Assembly (NCBI RefSeq): GCF_002571385.2
Contig: NW_019218050.1
Span: forward strand, 152,333 to 216,332
Direction of reading: 5' to 3'
Source: Stylophora pistillata
Lineage: Eukaryota
DNA length: 64,000 nt
Part shown: positions 49,701 through 61,200 of the stretch, one piece after another
Layout of the letters: every line of letters starts with the position of its first letter
Position numbering within the stretch: the stretch's first letter is position 1
Translations under genes and position numbers: made by a program
Notes under the pieces: model-generated
The model's input: the letters and a program-made list of their open reading frames with translations, nothing else
The model's database searches: none
Told to the model about the DNA's origin: nothing

Positions 49701-50145
49701 TTGATGTCGAAACTGAATTAAAAGAACCAGGACAAAGGATTTGTTTTGTCATCTGCCTGGGTTTGACAAGCTAAACAAACAAATGGAGGGAAAATATAAT
49801 GTGAAACTTAAAAAGCTGACCATCATACAAGAAACTGGCGACATTTGGCCCATCGCTGGGACAAAGGTTGTCATGGAAATATTAATGAACGAGGATATGA
49901 TTTTTGTGGGCGATCTTCCGATATTTCTTCATTCGTTTTTTGACATAAATTAAGGACGCCAAAGGCAAAGTCAGGGAGAAAAGGCCAAACAAACGACCGA
50001 CCAAATAAAATCCAATCGCAGGTACTTTTTTAAGCAAACTTTAAATCAAAACATTGACCTCAAATTTTGCCATTTGAGGGTATCCAATTACTAATACATT
50101 GTTATTAAATTATTTTACAGCAGTCGGACTCTTGTCGAAATCATC

Positions 50146-51453
50146 ATGGTGAGGACATTCGACTTAATGATAACTACGTCATTGCTTTTAATAATTATCT
50201 GCAACGAGCAATCAATTACTGTTTGTCTGCGGCAGAGTTCTCTAACTGGCCGTGCGTCGCAAACCCCGGCGAAGCTACTTAAAAAATATCTTTGGCCTCG
50301 ACGTAAACCTCTACGAACGAGACAAAACAATGAAGATTCTGAGTTTCCCTCTGAAGTTTCGAATGGAGAAAACGACTTTAGAACGTTCACCATCATCACA
50401 ACAAGAAGTGCCAGATTTGATATTGTGCGAAGTCTTGAAAAATCTCTTAGAATTCGGCGTCAGATAATCACTCGCGCAATAACTGAGCCCTCAGTCGCGT
50501 CCTCCGTTGAGCCCTTTGGGGAAGACTTGATCGGGCTGGAACTGGAAATGATCCAAAAGGGTAACCCAGAGCCTGGGCCTGACTGGGCCACCGCGATTCA
50601 GGCCTGGGGAAAAGCCTGGGACCTTCATGTATACGTGTTTGCAATTCTTTTCATCTTGATAGCGATAGCTTCTGGTTTTGGACTCGCTGATGATCTCATC
50701 AAAAATCACGGAATCAAGGGACTAAAATTGACTTTGTATTTGACATTTTTATTACTGGGTTGCTCACGTGGTATCATGTTGTTCGTCGATCCTTACAACT
50801 CGCGGGGAATCTTGGACCTTTACAGTTCGTATGTCGCGTGGTCATTAGGCATCCCGTGTGTCCTCACGGCCCTTGGTCTCTTGCTCTTGGTATTTGGGGA
50901 GGCAATCAGTATGGAGATAACCCCTCCTCGATTTCAGAAATTATCCACAGCGCTAGGAATCATGGCTTGCAATGTGATTGTAGTAGTGGGAACAGACATC
51001 GTCTTCTTACTCGCCGAGAAGTTCCTCGCGCTCCTAATAATATGCCAAATTTATTTTGTACTTTTTGGCATCATTTTGACCGTTGGTTACTACTACATAG
51101 GGTGTAAATTATCCTGCAACTCGGCAGCAAGTGTGTATGGAGACACAAGCCTTATAAGGCTAAGAATGTTTGTGTTCGCAATAGCAATGCTCAATGTACT
51201 TTTCATGGGAATTCAGGTTTACTCAGCTTTTGACTTCGTCTTTCACCCTGGGGTTCCCAGAGCGGCTTGGCCGTGGTACGCTGTCCAAACCTCCCTACGG
51301 GCGCTAGAGGTGAGCATGTGTATTGTGATGCTATTAATAGCATTTAACAACAGAGTGAGATCATCACCATCTCAGGTCAGAACTTCTTTTCGCTTCCGCA
51401 ATACCGTTTCCCCGTTCCATGCGTGGGAAGCTGCGAATGGCCGGAAAAGTTAA
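50146..51453 (+). CDS. Signal-peptide-bearing 7-transmembrane protein, PRRT3/PRRT4-like, single coding exon, 435 aa
   Basis: Uninterrupted 435-aa ORF preceded by a splice acceptor (ttttacag at ~50120). Hydrophobic N-terminus (LMITTSLLLIIIC) and seven hydrophobic segments. WGKAWDLHVYVFAILF and RGIMLFVDPY resemble PRRT3/4 family motifs (recognised from memory, not searched). Confidence 0.8.
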   Translation: MVRTFDLMITTSLLLIIICNEQSITVCLRQSSLTGRASQTPAKLLKKYLWPRRKPLRTRQNNEDSEFPSEVSNGENDFRTFTIITTRSARFDIVRSLEKSLRIRRQIITRAITEPSVASSVEPFGEDLIGLELEMIQKGNPEPGPDWATAIQAWGKAWDLHVYVFAILFILIAIASGFGLADDLIKNHGIKGLKLTLYLTFLLLGCSRGIMLFVDPYNSRGILDLYSSYVAWSLGIPCVLTALGLLLLVFGEAISMEITPPRFQKLSTALGIMACNVIVVVGTDIVFLLAEKFLALLIICQIYFVLFGIILTVGYYYIGCKLSCNSAASVYGDTSLIRLRMFVFAIAMLNVLFMGIQVYSAFDFVFHPGVPRAAWPWYAVQTSLRALEVSMCIVMLLIAFNNRVRSSPSQVRTSFRFRNTVSPFHAWEAANGRKS

Positions 51454-52268
51454 TGAGACATTTTAGAAGATATTGGAACTTCAGCCCGAGATGATGCTAA
51501 GAGCAAAACTTCAATCGCACGAGCATGCTCATAACAATATTATACTTGTTTTACATTCATGATAAACTCACCTGTGAGCTATTAAATTGCGAGTAAGTCA
51601 TGTTAATTGTTCATGTCGTTCATCCAGGTTATTATGCTCGGTATACAAAAGAGTAACCTGCACATCTTTCAAAGCCAAATTTTATTCTGAGACTAAGTTA
51701 TGAGCGAGGAGTTTTGCACTTCAAAGTGTAGAGACATCTTTTTTGAATGCGTAAAAAGTCGTAGTGCATGAGTGAAAAAAGTCCATGAATAGCTTATCAT
51801 TTATCAAAGGTAATGCTTGACCCGCCGAAGTAAACATTTCTCATTACAGTGATTTTATATCGTTGGGTAAGGTGCAGTTTTTTTCTTGCATAATCACGGC
51901 GTTAAACTTTTGAAGTTTTCACTGAAACCTGGCCCTTAAAAAATCAACCGGACGTCTTAACGAGCTTCAGAATCAAGCTGTGGGAGCTCAGATAAAACTG
52001 TTCCATACTCAAACCTCAATTATTCACCAAGCTGTCCAAAAAGGACTAAATTTGATGGAAATATTTTCCTTTTGTGGTTTCGCAGTGGGTGATACCACAA
52101 GCATTGCTCGTTTAAAAAATCAGTACCCGTAACTGAAAAATATAAACAGAAATCCTCAGTCGATACAAAGCAGAACTGACTTGTAAAACGCTTCGTCATC
52201 AGGATTTTTTTTTTCCTCGCCGTTGAGCCCTTTTGTTAGTATGTCGTTATCTTTTTTCATGAAAGACA

Positions 52269-55200
52269 ATGGGAATCATTCGGGATAGCCGTTTTAAGCC
52301 TCGAACAGTTGTGTCGTTGGTGCTTCAGGTAAGCTATTTGCATCTATACATCATGAATTTGCGCTAACAAAATGGCTCTGCTGTTGTTTTGAATACCATT
52401 TCATTTGTACTTCAGGTCTGGTTTCAAATATCGAATCTGCGACGAGTCATTTCTCAAGAGAATCAAGGTGAATACACAAAGCCTTGCCCATTTAATTAAA
52501 AAATCCCATTCGAGTATAGTGTACTACTTCTTAAGCTGTTTTCTAATAGTTAAATGCCGAGAAGAAAAAAAGAGAAAATAACCATCACCAAGGTGTTGTC
52601 AACTTGTTCGAAGGTTAGTTAGCATTCCAACTTATTTTGATCTGAACAAAATCTAAAAGGAAAGGGACGAAGTGAATTTGGAAAACTTTAACAAAATAAA
52701 CACCCCACGGCGTCATGATTTGAACTGTTTCCGCCCCATAGCGAGATCATCTGAAAAATAATGAAAAAATATTTGCTTTCCGAAAATGCAATTCACGGTT
52801 ACATCACGCGAGAGAAAATTCTCTAAGGAAAGGCTTTGGAAGGCGGGAACGTTCCGTTACTCTTTAATAAATCTTATTATGTACTTATTTCAGACTGCGA
52901 GTTTTCGATTAGATTTCAATTTTGTCGCATGGAAATGAACACTTGTTTTTCCACTCTACGTTTTGCTGTAGCTCTCCACAAAGGCCAGTTTAACTTTTCT
53001 AGAACTAACATCTCCTGGAACATCTCCAAAATAAACATTTTGCATTAATTTGTAATAAACGTGCGAGTTGTAACTTTTCCAGACAATGTGAGGAATACGT
53101 CAATCAGCCAAAGTGGGAAATTATAACATAACCAAAGTAAAGCGCGTGCTCTGATTGGTCAATTTAGCGTCCCCCATTTGCCCATGGGTGTACGCTGCTG
53201 ACGTGAGCAAATGCAAAGACTATTTTTCCGCGCGCGCTTGTTTTTTTCTGGTCGCGTAAGATTTGTCAAATAAAAGGGAACTCTTTAGCTACAATGTATC
53301 AACGTTATGTTATAAAACAAATGGCAAACACCACAGTGTACACTATTGAGTTGTGGATACACTTGGGAGGTTTGCTAAGCACTCAAGAAGCTAGAGTCGC
53401 TCTCGGCTATCGCCTCGAGCGACTCTTACGCTTCTTTCGTGCTTGGAAACCTCCCGCGTGCATCCATAAGTCAATAGTGTACGCTGTGGTGTTTACCATT
53501 TGTTAATTATCACACGTGGAACATAAATGCACGATTTCTGAAAGAATTTTTTCCCGTTCATTAAACTTATTGTTTATTGAATTCGTGTACAAATGCATTC
53601 CATTATGAAAGTGGTTAAGACAGCATAATTCTTTATGCACGAATTTCCCCTCCATCCCTTTAGAATTGTTTTTGAATTTCATCCAAGTTGCCGGCTTATT
53701 TTGAATTCTTACCAGCAAATTCGATAATCAATCAAGTATACCGTCTCTGACTTGCAAAACAAGTGAAGCGGTAAACCACCATACTGGCAATATCCGAAAA
53801 CCTGAAGCTCGAGCCATCATACGCAGCTCGGATTTTTTTCTTTTTCTAATGCTCGTGAGAAGACGCATAAGTTTCTTTCAGTTAACCCTTTCAATCCCAA
53901 AATCTCATTTTTAATTCTCTTTACAGTGTGTCATGCGATTCTTATGATGTTAGTATGGAGAGTTCGGTATCGGATCAACTGATAATTCCCCAATAAACAC
54001 TTCTCTTTATTCCCATCAATCTTCTGCTTTATATTGTATTTGTACTGTAAGGAGAATTTCTCCCTTGGTCACTCATATGAATTCAAGAGTTCAGTTTGAT
54101 AATTCACTTTGATTCTTATACCAGTTCTGCAACATTGTAACCTGTCAACAAAAGCCGCAGTCCTCTTGCCTTTTAATGAACACTACAGAGACAAAGAAGC
54201 CCTAAATGGTACCTTGAAAGTGCACATGTCTAACACTGAATTTGTTTCCGGAATCGATGGCGAGCCAGGCGGGGCCATTCTCTTTAAAGGAATCCAAGAC
54301 TCTTACGTGGAGATTGAGGCCGACAAGCAGATCGATTTCGGTTATTCCATGACGATTCTGTCTCATATTTTACCATCCGTGAGTCACACTGGGCCAATTG
54401 TTCATTACAAATCCGATCAGCACGGAGTACAGATGTGGGTCCAGGGAACTGTGGCGGAGAAAGGACAGTTGTCTGCGCGATTCAACCGAAGAAACCTTTC
54501 CCATTCTAAATGGTTAAAGGCTGATGTAATCAATGTGGGGCAGTGGAATTATATTGGTGCTTCCTACGATCACGTGACGGGTGAGGCCTCTTTGTATCAC
54601 GATGGAGTCCATGTCTACAGTGCTTTTATAGGAAAGAATATCTATTTGGCGACGCAATACGAGATCAGGATTGGTGCCATGTTATTATCATCTTTGGGGA
54701 AATACAAAGGCAAAGTCGCTTGTATTCAGTTTTATTCTAAAGCACTTCAGGAACAGGAAGTTGCGGCGGCGAGGCGCGCTTGTATACCAGGTATGTTCAC
54801 CATAACTGTGACAACTGTAACTGTGTACAAGACGGCGCCTTTTACTCGATGAAGAGTAAATTCGACTGATATCCAATTGATGAACAAGTTCCTGTGATAA
54901 AAATACGCCTACGCTGACGTATATAGTGCTGACAGCGTTTGATTAAAGTTTTGATCGAGTGTAGAAAGCTATGCGGGATTACCATGGGCTCGCTTTAATT
55001 CACTCTGTGATTGGTCCTGAAAACTCGAGCCACCCTCTCGACCAATCACGTGCAAAAAAATGAGTAAATAAATAAAAAGTGACTCCATCGCTCTTTTTTC
55101 TATGAGCTCTCTTTGTTTTAGGTTTGACAACACTCGATCAAAAAACTCATGCGTTGCCTGGCTGTGATGATCTAGGTCAAACGACATACCACGTTATCAG

Positions 55201-58200
55201 CTTAGAGAGTTTTGGCTCAAATTTTAGAGCTACTTAGATAGCTTTTCATTCACTGGGAATAAGTTACTGCTCATCTCCTTACATAGGAACATGAAACGGA
55301 ATTTTGTGCATAGTGTTTGTTAGAAAAAAATTGTCTTTATATCATAGACTTTGTTGGGAAATAACTGTCTGTTATGATAGCAGTACTAATCTAATAGTTA
55401 GTTTTCTTAGTTATGGATAATGTAAAACAGTTCATGATTTCAAATCCTATCGAGAAATGTCGTTTCTATTTCTTAGAACGATTCATTTGGTTTAGGAACG
55501 AAGATAGGGGAGGTAATTATAAACTTAAACATTCAACAATCGCTGGGTAGAATTAAGAAACTTTTTTCTACAAATTTTACCCTATTTTCAGTCGTGCCTT
55601 TGCAGTATCTTTCTCTCAACCTGACCTCACCTTTACACGTGGCGGAAGTGAATGAAACGAAGTTAATAGTCAAGGCAAGTGCAAACATGAATACCACGAA
55701 CCCTACCTTCCAGTTTGACTGGGGTGACGGCACAGAAACATGTAGGAGAGTCTCAGACACAGGTGATCACATGTACCGCTTCATCGGTAACTATACATTG
55801 CATGTGCAAGCTTGGACTATGTGCAACACAAGTACATTGTCTGCAAAGGCGAACATATCTGTTCCTACGCCAGTACTTGTTCTCAGAAATGTAGCCCTGC
55901 AAAGTAACGCAACGGTCTTTGGAGAAGCAACTCAATTTCGTCTTTTTGTGGGAAGAGGGTCTGACTTTGAATGTCTTTGGTCACTAGGCGATCATGCCAA
56001 TGTCACTGCTTATATCTCTCGAGCTAATTCGAGCGCCTTTGTTAGGAATCATACCTACTCAGTCCCTGCTGATTACAAGGTTCTGGTCACTTGTAGAAAC
56101 AGAAGAAGCAAGTTAACCGCTAGTACTATTGTTCTTGTTCAAAATCGTATCAAGGGCCTTACTGTCTATCCAATACCTCCTATACTGTTTGGAACTGAGT
56201 TCAAAGTACGATGGAGAATAGACAACGGCACAGGTGTCACGTACAAAGTAACTTTTTCTGCCATCCCTTTGCAAGTTGCTGCAACTACAGAGTGGGATTT
56301 GTATGGACAAACTTCTGTAACATTGCAGGAATACAAAACTCCGGGAGAATTTCTTGTTCACGTCTCTGCTTCCAATGCAGTTACGAATTGGATCTCTGCA
56401 TGGACAAAATGCAACATTTTCCGACCAGTTTTGCCCTTTACACCCATCGTTCTCGACAGTTCCAGGGATCTAGAAGTTAATCAGACTATCACCATCTTGA
56501 TCACAAATGTCTCCTCCGTCTCTGGAACAAATGTGTCGTACCTTGTAAACTTTGGAGACAACAGTAAAGCAATAGTCACCCATAGATCGTATGTTAATTA
56601 CTCGTATGATCTGCATGGTCTTTACACAGTCAGTATCACAGCAATGAATGAAGTATCCACCTTTAATACCAGCATTACCATCAAGGTTCACAAACCAGTC
56701 TTGAAATTAGAAGGGGCCAGTATTCCATTCCTCGTTGCAAAGGTGCACCAAAGTGTTCATATTCCAATATTCTTTCTGAAGGGGTCTGATTTTCACTGCC
56801 ACTGGGAGTTTGGAGACGGACAGGAAATAAAGAAAAACTCCACTGAGGAACTAGTGTATTTCAAGGATCTAAATGATAACCTCGAACTCTTCACCAATGT
56901 AAGCATGTCCGTAAAACATGTTTTTAAGAGAGTGGGTGTTTATCAAGTTATCGTGAATTGTCAAAACCGTTTGAGTGAAATGATAACAATCGCGTATGCC
57001 ATGGTTCAATTAGAAATACAATCCTTCCAAGTTTCAACTGTCAGTCCAGTTAGGTTTGGGGACACTTTCTCCATTAATTGTACCATTGACGCCGGAACGA
57101 ATGTGAGTTTCAAGATGTACCTAAATAATCAAGAACTCGATATAAAAAATCAAGGTTTTTTTAGTGTGGCGCATGTTACCCCAAGCATTTACAAACAGGC
57201 GAAGAAGCACAACATAACTGTCACAGCAACAAATCTCGTCACCCCTTTACTGAGTCACACGCAAGTAGTCACCATAGAGGTTCCAGTTTCTGAAGTCAAT
57301 ATTTCGATGAATTATTTTGAGGGAAGCAGATTGCATGCTGGACATGGTGCAAGCATGGATATTTTCCCTGAAGGAGTTCCAGTCGTATTTAATGCCAACG
57401 TTGACAAAGGTTCCAGTTTGGAGTACACGTGGTCGATAAGCAAAGCTACCATATACATTGAACAGAACAGACTCAAGATTCAGCATATATTCAACGCTCG
57501 TGGAATATACATAGTATCAATAAGTGTTAGAAATCAAGTGAGTGAGGCAGTTTCTATTGCAGTTATTGCAATTCAAAAACGTGCAAAATTCTTGTATAGG
57601 TATCTCGAATGCTCTTCACCAAAGGTTAGGAATGAAACTGTTACCATACGAGCTACTTTGGAGGCTCTTGGAACAAACTCAACTCTTCTCGTGGAACTAG
57701 ACAACATCACGAGATATTGGTACGGAGAAGCCGATGCAAGAAATAATCTCAACGCAGCAGCGAATGAAATAAATACGCAGTATCAGGGAAATCTTGGAAG
57801 GACAACCACAATCCATTATGTCTTTGAAACTCCAGGAGTATACAACATAACGGCAATCCTAAAAAATGATGTCTCTAGATCCTCAGTAACCTGTAAAGTT
57901 GAAATTCTTCCCAGGCCCTGTAAAAGACCTGAAGTGAAGTTAAAACATGTCGGCAGCAGTCAAATAGATGCAAGATATCTCTTTAAAGCCGATAACATCA
58001 TTATTGAGGCTGATGTTGACATCTTCTGTCCCGAGTCTGAAGAAACCCAGTACAAATGGAAGATCTTTGAATACAATCAAGAGGCTAGAAGCTTTGTGCC
58101 ATTTACTGATGTAGATTCTTACGCAGAGGCTTCCATGCGAGAATTGCGGCTCCAAAAGAGGGCTTTGCCATTAGGATTATTCAGACTGAGTTTGAGCGTG

Positions 58201-61200
58201 AACATGATCGGAGAGGGCCTGGATGATTTCTTTGCAGTTGTCGAGGGGTACATCAAAACAAAGCAATCTCCTTTGACTGCTGAAATCAGTGGAGGAAGCG
58301 AGATAAGAAGGACTTCCGGATCAACGGTATCTTTAGACGCCTTGGGCTCCCATGACCCAGACATTGGACCTGGGGATCATTCAGGTATTTGCATTCAGTA
58401 GCCTACACAAAGGACTGTGCTTTTCTATCGCCTTAATCAAACCGAACTTAAAAATTTCACCGGTTGGTAAAAACGCAAACCCACTACTACTGTGGGGTCC
58501 ACAGGGAGCTTGAGGGAAATAAAGCATTTAGGCTCTCTGAAATTAGAGTGATTTGACAGCCTTGGATCAGAATAAGAGTAAAAAAACTGACAATGGACTA
58601 ACAATTATGTCTTCCTTTTCTCAGGAATGCGTTTCTTCTGGCTCTGTAGAAATATCTCTGAAAGATTTCCAGACCTGCTGGAAGATTTTATTAATGGTTT
58701 CAATGGTACTGCAGAATATCCGATTTCAAACCGTTCCTCTAGATCTTCCGTCAGTTCTGAGCAAGGTTGTTATCGAAATGGAGAGTACGTCATTTCAAAT
58801 AGATCACACCTTAACCTAACGACAGTTCTAATGGCAACTAATGAGACATACAAGATTGTGCTGGTAGTGAGAAAGGACAGTAGAACTAGTTCAACAAGTC
58901 AGTTATTGGAGTTGAGTGTAGAGGACATTCCAGAACTCACCATAAGGTAAGAGCGTTTGGATCGCAGTTTAACGCGAACTAAACTGAACTGGAAATATCG
59001 AAGTTAAAGTTGGTAACCATTTTTTGTATCACTTGTACCTATACCATCGTTCCAAATTAAAGCAAACTAGAGTGATTCATGGTGTAGATATTACATTTCA
59101 CGTTTTCGATTCTGCAGGTGTGTGGTTAATTGTCACAAAAAAGTCAACCCGTCGGAAAAGCTTACTGTGTCATCTGAGTGCTCGGGAAACGCCTGTAACG
59201 CTAAACTGACTTACTCTTGGTCTTTGCTGTATATGGAATCTGACGAGGACACAAACTCAACTTGGAAAACCAACAATTCGCTAATGAAGTCTCGCCACAT
59301 CTCACCACATGGAAGCTTTCCAATCATTGTCATAAAGAAAAACGTTCTACAAGGAAACAGACGTTACAAACTTACTGTGAAAGGGAATCTGCCATCTGGT
59401 AGTTATGGACTTGCTTCTCATGTTTTTGAAGTCAATGCTCCTCCGAGGGACGGGACATGTGACGTTGAGCCTCGTGTCGGTCACGTGCTGACTACGCGGT
59501 ACAGGCTCTGGTGCACTGGCTGGCATGATCCTGATGGTCCCCTCAAGTATGAGATTTACCACGTTCGAGGAAAAGAGGAATCACCCTTACAATACGGAGG
59601 AAACGCAGCGACAATCATTACACTTCCGCTGGGAGACGGAGATAATTACACTATTAATATTACAGTTCGTATCTCCGACAGACTAGGCGCAGCATCCTCT
59701 GTGAGGCTTCAACTTCAGGTGACTGTGCAAAAAAATCCATGCTATCCATATTAAACATTCCTCTAGGGTCGTGCAAGAGAAGCATTGTGATTATAACCCC
59801 TAGGTCTTCTTCCCGAAATGCGCCAAAATATTGTTGTGCCTTTTTTTCAGCCTCTTACCTTTGTAAAACATCATGGGTTGTTTTAAAATTCCCTTGATTT
59901 AGGAATGGAACTTTAAATTGACATCGCAGGAAAAATCAGCCTTTTGCATGCAGAAGGTTGGCAAAAGCGAGTGTTTCGTTTCATTTTCTACAGCAAAACA
60001 CCGTCACCTGTGCAAGTTACTAAATATCTTCTTTCTTGCAGTCTCTTCCTCCACTCCTTAAAGGCGCCCAGCTTATGAATCAGTTGTCTGACCTTATATT
60101 GGATACCAACCAGGACATGCTGCGCAATGCTATGAGCATTAGCTCTGTTTTAAACCACCAAGCAGGAAAGGACACTCCCGAGCTTTCAAAACAACGAAAG
60201 AAGGTTTGAACCATTGATAATACCAGAATTCTCTCCCAGAAGGCCCGTTTCTTCTCGAGGTTGTCCTAATGTTTCCACCACCATTACTGCCCAGATAAAC
60301 CATCAGATTTCGTCCACTCGTCAAAGATTTGCCCATTTTTCAATGGTTCTTGCAGCTTCCTTTTGTTCAATGAGGCTAAAAGTATTGATATTAAATAAAA
60401 ACACTCTTACCAATTCACAGATACGCGAGTTGCTTATATTTGCATTGGTAAAGGAAACGACTCCTTCTAAGCAAGCCGTTCAGCTTTTATCAGCATCTCT
60501 TCAAGAAGCCACTCAAGTAACCAGTGAAGTATCGTATGAAGCACAGGTAGATAGCAGTTAAACATGTCTGCTCTTTCAAGTCGCAAAATAACAAGGTCTG
60601 ATGTAGGTGTTTCCGGTGACTATCCCTGGAACTGCACTGTACACGTTACCTTACTACCTGAGAGGGTCTCGTCGACTCGCACCCTTCGCGACAGTCTCAA
60701 TAATAGATAAATTTAAAAAAATGATTCAATGTCCTTCCATTAGTGCTGGCTGTCAAAATAACTTACTCTTGTTGGTTCCTTACATTTACGTACGAGTAAT
60801 TGTGTGACTGTCGCTGCTTTTCAGGAAGCAGTTACCTCAGCGCTGGACAAAATGGCCACTGTGTTTGAAAGTGAGTCCCTTGAAACAGACTCTAATTCAC
60901 TGGAAACAACTGCTGCTGGAATGACTGGAACTATCGGAAATTTGCTTGACGTCGCTTCAGAAAATGCAGCTGTTCATCAGCCTAACAGCACGATTCAGAC
61001 GTCATCAGAAAATGTTGAAGAACCGGCTGACAATGAAACTGTGCCTTCTAAGGTAGGGGTTCTAGTTTTCTATTTGACCCATGTTTACCTTATCCAGGAG
61101 AAGGTCCGCAAGAAAAAGCCATCTTAATATAAAATTTTTGACGTTTCTCTAGGTAGTGATGATTTACTTTATAGATTTTCAGTAGTATTAAGATTACGCC

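Noticed and set aside
49741-49953. 70-aa ORF upstream of the 7TM gene
   Set aside because: No recognisable domain and it stops before the donor at ~50021; at most a uORF in a 5' UTR exon.
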